Positions 62,001 through 64,000 of a stretch of 64,000 bases of DNA are shown piece after piece; the stretch's first letter is position 1, and each line of letters starts with the position of its first letter. Made by a program: the position numbers and the translations under genes. Origin of the DNA: Monocercomonoides exilis PA203. Taxonomy: Eukaryota > Protista > Preaxostyla. The DNA is taken from positions 1,612,001 through 1,676,000 of the forward strand of contig LSRY02000016.1 of NCBI GenBank assembly GCA_001643675.2, read 5' to 3'. The notes under the pieces were generated by a model. The model saw nothing but the letters and a program-made list of their open reading frames with translations. It was not told where the DNA came from and did not search any database.

Positions 62001-64000
62001 TTGGCTTCATCTGCAAAAGAAATACGATTGGCAAAGTCGCTAAAAACAGGAGCTGGACAAATAGAAGAAGAGGAAGAGGAAGAGGAAGAAGAAGAGGAAT
62101 CAGAAAAAGTTGAAGTTGAAGAAGTTGAATTGTTTGAAGAATGTGAAAGGGAAAGAGGAAGAGGAGGAAGAGGAAGAGATGATGATGTGATCATTTTGTG
62201 ATAGCCCTTTGGCTGAGGATATGGCTTGGTGGTGTAAGAAATGACGAAAGGAGAAGGAGGAAGAGGAAGAGGAGAAGGAGGAGGAGGAGAAGAAGAAGAT
62301 TTATTCTTGTTGAATTGAGAAGGATGTGATTGCATAGAAAGACCAATGTTGTTGCCATTGTCTGTTCTATTTGAGTATCTTCCATCAGAATGAATAACAT
62401 CTTCAGGTCTTTCATTGTTTGAGTTCTGTTTATTTATGTCCTTTCCTTCATCAATAAAAGTATTATTATTATTATTATAAAAATCACCTTCTTTCATGTT
62501 ATCTCCAATCAAAACATTTCCATCTTCCTTCTCTTCCTTCTCCTCCAATCTATTCTCCTTCTCCTCTTCTCCTTCTCCTTCTCCTCCTTCTCCATTTCTT
62601 TCTTCTCTCTTCCTCTTCTCCACCACAAATGCTCTGTGCACAAATGGCAGTGCTGCAATTGCTGCTGTCACAAACGAAAAAGACGATTTGACACCTTCAA
62701 AAGGATCAGTTTTGCGTTGAATGGATTGACTGAGAGAGGAAGAGGAGGTTATTTCTGTGTTAATGTTTGGTTTAACTTTAACTTTATCTTCCTCTTCTTC
62801 TTCTCTTTCTTTTCCTTCTCCTGTTTTTATTCTGTCATTCATGTTTTGTTCATAATGAACTGTTGTATTTGCATCATAATCCAATCTTTCCATTTCTTCT
62901 TCCTCAAAATCTTCTTCTTTCTCTTGCTCCTCCTTCTCTTCCACGCTTCTGCAATCTTTTTCTTCCCATTCCCTTTCATATTCCATTCTTCTTCTTTCTT
63001 TCTCTTCTTCTCTTTTCTTCTCTTTTCTTCTCTTTTCTTCCTCTTCCTCTTCTTTCTCCCTCAAAATTGCCATCTTTTCCCTTTCGTGTATTTGTGCTTC
63101 TTCTTCAAGTTCATACAGAACAGACAGAAGAGCACCAGTGGTGAACAGGGAGATGTAGCTGGGGTTGCCTTGGAGAGAAGGAAGAAGGGGAAGAGAGGAA
63201 GAAGAAATAGTAGAAGAAGAAGAAGAAGAAGAGGAAACAGAGGAAGATGATGGACTTGCATTAACATCACATGAATTAGAAGAAGAATCAGAAGAATCAG
63301 TTGTTTTATTTGAAATATCATTCAAATGTGTATTTTCACTAAGACTATCTTGTTTTGAAGGAGCTACAGTTTCTGTGTATTTTCTGATGAGTGCAGTGGA
63401 TGGGCGATCTGAATATGATTTCGAGCCTTTCAACAGAAAAGAAAAGGAAAGTGAAGAAGAAGAAGAAGAGGAAGAGGAAGAAGAAATAGACACATTTGAA
63501 GTTGGGTCAACATTGTTTGCTTTTTCATCTTCTTTCTCTCTTCTTTTCTCTTCTTTCTTCTTTTCCTCTTTTCCCTTCTCCCTCTCCTCCTCCCCTCCCA
63601 CTCTTTCACTTGCTCTGACACATGCCAATGACATAATCAGATCCACAAGAATCTTTTGAGATGCAGTTGGTATCCACATGTCACTGTGATGCGGCCCAAT
63701 CACATTTTCTGCTTTTGAAATGCGTTTTTGATGTTTTGTTGTTCTTATTTTGGAATCTGGTTTTGTCTTTCCTTCTTTGAGTGGGATTGAATTGTTTGTT
63801 TTTGCTTGAATTTTTCTTTTTAATTGATTTTTATTTTTGTTTTTAGTTTTATCTTCTTCTACTTTTTCAGTTGGAAATGTTCTTTTTCTTTCTTCTTTCT
63901 CTTTTGCTTCCTCTTCTTCTTTTTGAAGAGGCATTGGAATTTCAGCAGCAGACTCTTGAATATCATTGCTTGGCATTCTTTCTCTTTCTGCTCTTTTCTC
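59006..64000 (-). CDS. 3' part of a large Ser/Glu/Lys-rich low-complexity coiled-coil protein of unknown function
   Basis: 1656-aa uninterrupted ORF whose frame stays open to the window edge; no recognisable domain. Confidence 0.7.
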   Translation of the reverse strand, partial: EKRAERERMPSNDIQESAAEIPMPLQKEEEEAKEKEERKRTFPTEKVEEDKTKNKNKNQLKRKIQAKTNNSIPLKEGKTKPDSKIRTTKHQKRISKAENVIGPHHSDMWIPTASQKILVDLIMSLACVRASERVGGEEEREKGKEEKKKEEKRREKEDEKANNVDPTSNVSISSSSSSSSSSSLSFSFLLKGSKSYSDRPSTALIRKYTETVAPSKQDSLSENTHLNDISNKTTDSSDSSSNSCDVNASPSSSSVSSSSSSSSTISSSSLPLLPSLQGNPSYISLFTTGALLSVLYELEEEAQIHEREKMAILREKEEEEEEKRRKEKKREEEKERRRMEYEREWEEKDCRSVEEKEEQEKEEDFEEEEMERLDYDANTTVHYEQNMNDRIKTGEGKEREEEEEDKVKVKPNINTEITSSSSLSQSIQRKTDPFEGVKSSFSFVTAAIAALPFVHRAFVVEKRKREERNGEGGEGEGEEEKENRLEEKEEKEDGNVLIGDNMKEGDFYNNNNNTFIDEGKDINKQNSNNERPEDVIHSDGRYSNRTDNGNNIGLSMQSHPSQFNKNKSSSSPPPPSPLPLPPSPFVISYTTKPYPQPKGYHKMITSSSLPLPPLPLSLSHSSNNSTSSTSTFSDSSSSSSSSSSSSICPAPVFSDFANRISFADEANKNTSSSSSSSSSSSSSSSSFLVPSYTKNEAAFNSTDSSTNNLTDNLTGNLTSCQTSPALEYLNPSQNVGFLLITFLMGRISLFFRLSQKQIRIDKMKRRKRMMRERKKEEAKQKKIKEEQKGSSSTSSSSSSLSLPSLAFPSLSSSSSSCTFDSDLNQSDSSSLLSPFLFNKDLLIFHNDVFSPSFFASQRSCLFAMKRMMAPKIDVEEEDKEIGRKAMKYKEDGAIVCEVECEEGEKGEEGEEEGEEEYDKEKEKEEKEEGKRTSLFFPSHHVYFNPQSSTSTTSSPSSSSSYSPFVVLPSSSLLSSLVPISSTYNLLRTADTSSFAFKPKSINNNNNNSNTAPAPFVHSPSSPSSPSSSSLSSQTTERTRINFLVPSKTSSWPSSPSLYSPATASSSPLIASSFPSSCCTPTSSSVQTPSRLPPLSQQPVSSVNGNVSTNVDVNTNSNANAISSSSSSSSASVSDSNSVENPAILNLNDISLILSSPSASSSSSSSNNNKPPPISTSFSSSSFSHSQQQQQLRLDATETPSSAKEASFSPSAALSNRMTTPQIQSLAMSIRNVQKDNTQMRKKELREKERMRQWIMLDRHAKRVDREMQRRRKKEEERKKQVEEREKRIEKMKEKRKEKEKMQKEQEELKRKEEAEKRREREEALLLVAVTERKLQLLERNRKKLAMQMQATQRQGNKETEEKHTERKEQRQTETNRTSVDSGREVNKAKERKKAAEEMGMSEEGRKEKANKTTRAMQLAKRNRELYGDGYYSERAKRQGHSSILGISSENSGVDGRSGAMTEKSRLSYKGEEEEEESGEEMEDEEGEGEERGLVKKSSRSASTKNNKKKKKKDTLSPIRDNAHHISESRTKSPSSIKSMSPLSFASPSFLLSSPPKDNSLMSPYSLPVRPTGVNRTHNTQPQHKLPSFSSAVAFSSSSSSSSSLSSTYSSSGTASTASLEGLSSSKDSESEFDALVKMKQQRREREYQQRLQKELSGRGLASSK

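Overview
AT-rich, intron-rich eukaryotic DNA using the standard code (TAA/TAG/TGA all serve as stops; short GT-AG introns). Gene families and poly-Ser/poly-Glu low-complexity style suggest an oxymonad protist such as Monocercomonoides; this is inferred from recalled gene families and was not verified. Spliced genes I can reconstruct: divergent importin-alpha-like ARM protein, giant TLDc protein, a 98-aa coiled-coil protein missed by the ORF track, ARH1-type ADP-ribosylhydrolase, histidine phosphatase, PHO80-like cyclin, TMEM67/meckelin, OTU1, a tandem (8-TM) tetraspanin-like protein, AMSH and a ubiquitin E2. An intronless GT32 glycosyltransferase, a type-I surface protein and several multicopy-family pseudogenes are also present. 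Most notable: (1) a meckelin lacking nearly its whole ectodomain, with an intact-looking 5S rRNA gene inside one intron; (2) about ten 200-270-bp GGG...CCC MITEs with 4-bp A-N-N-T target duplications that nest and stack on one another's target sites; (3) a 3.3-kb hAT-like element (8-bp TSD) containing a host gene-family copy; (4) a full-length, probably intron-containing DD35D pogo-like transposon whose only frame breaks are two -1 shifts in A-runs. All coordinates were read by eye.
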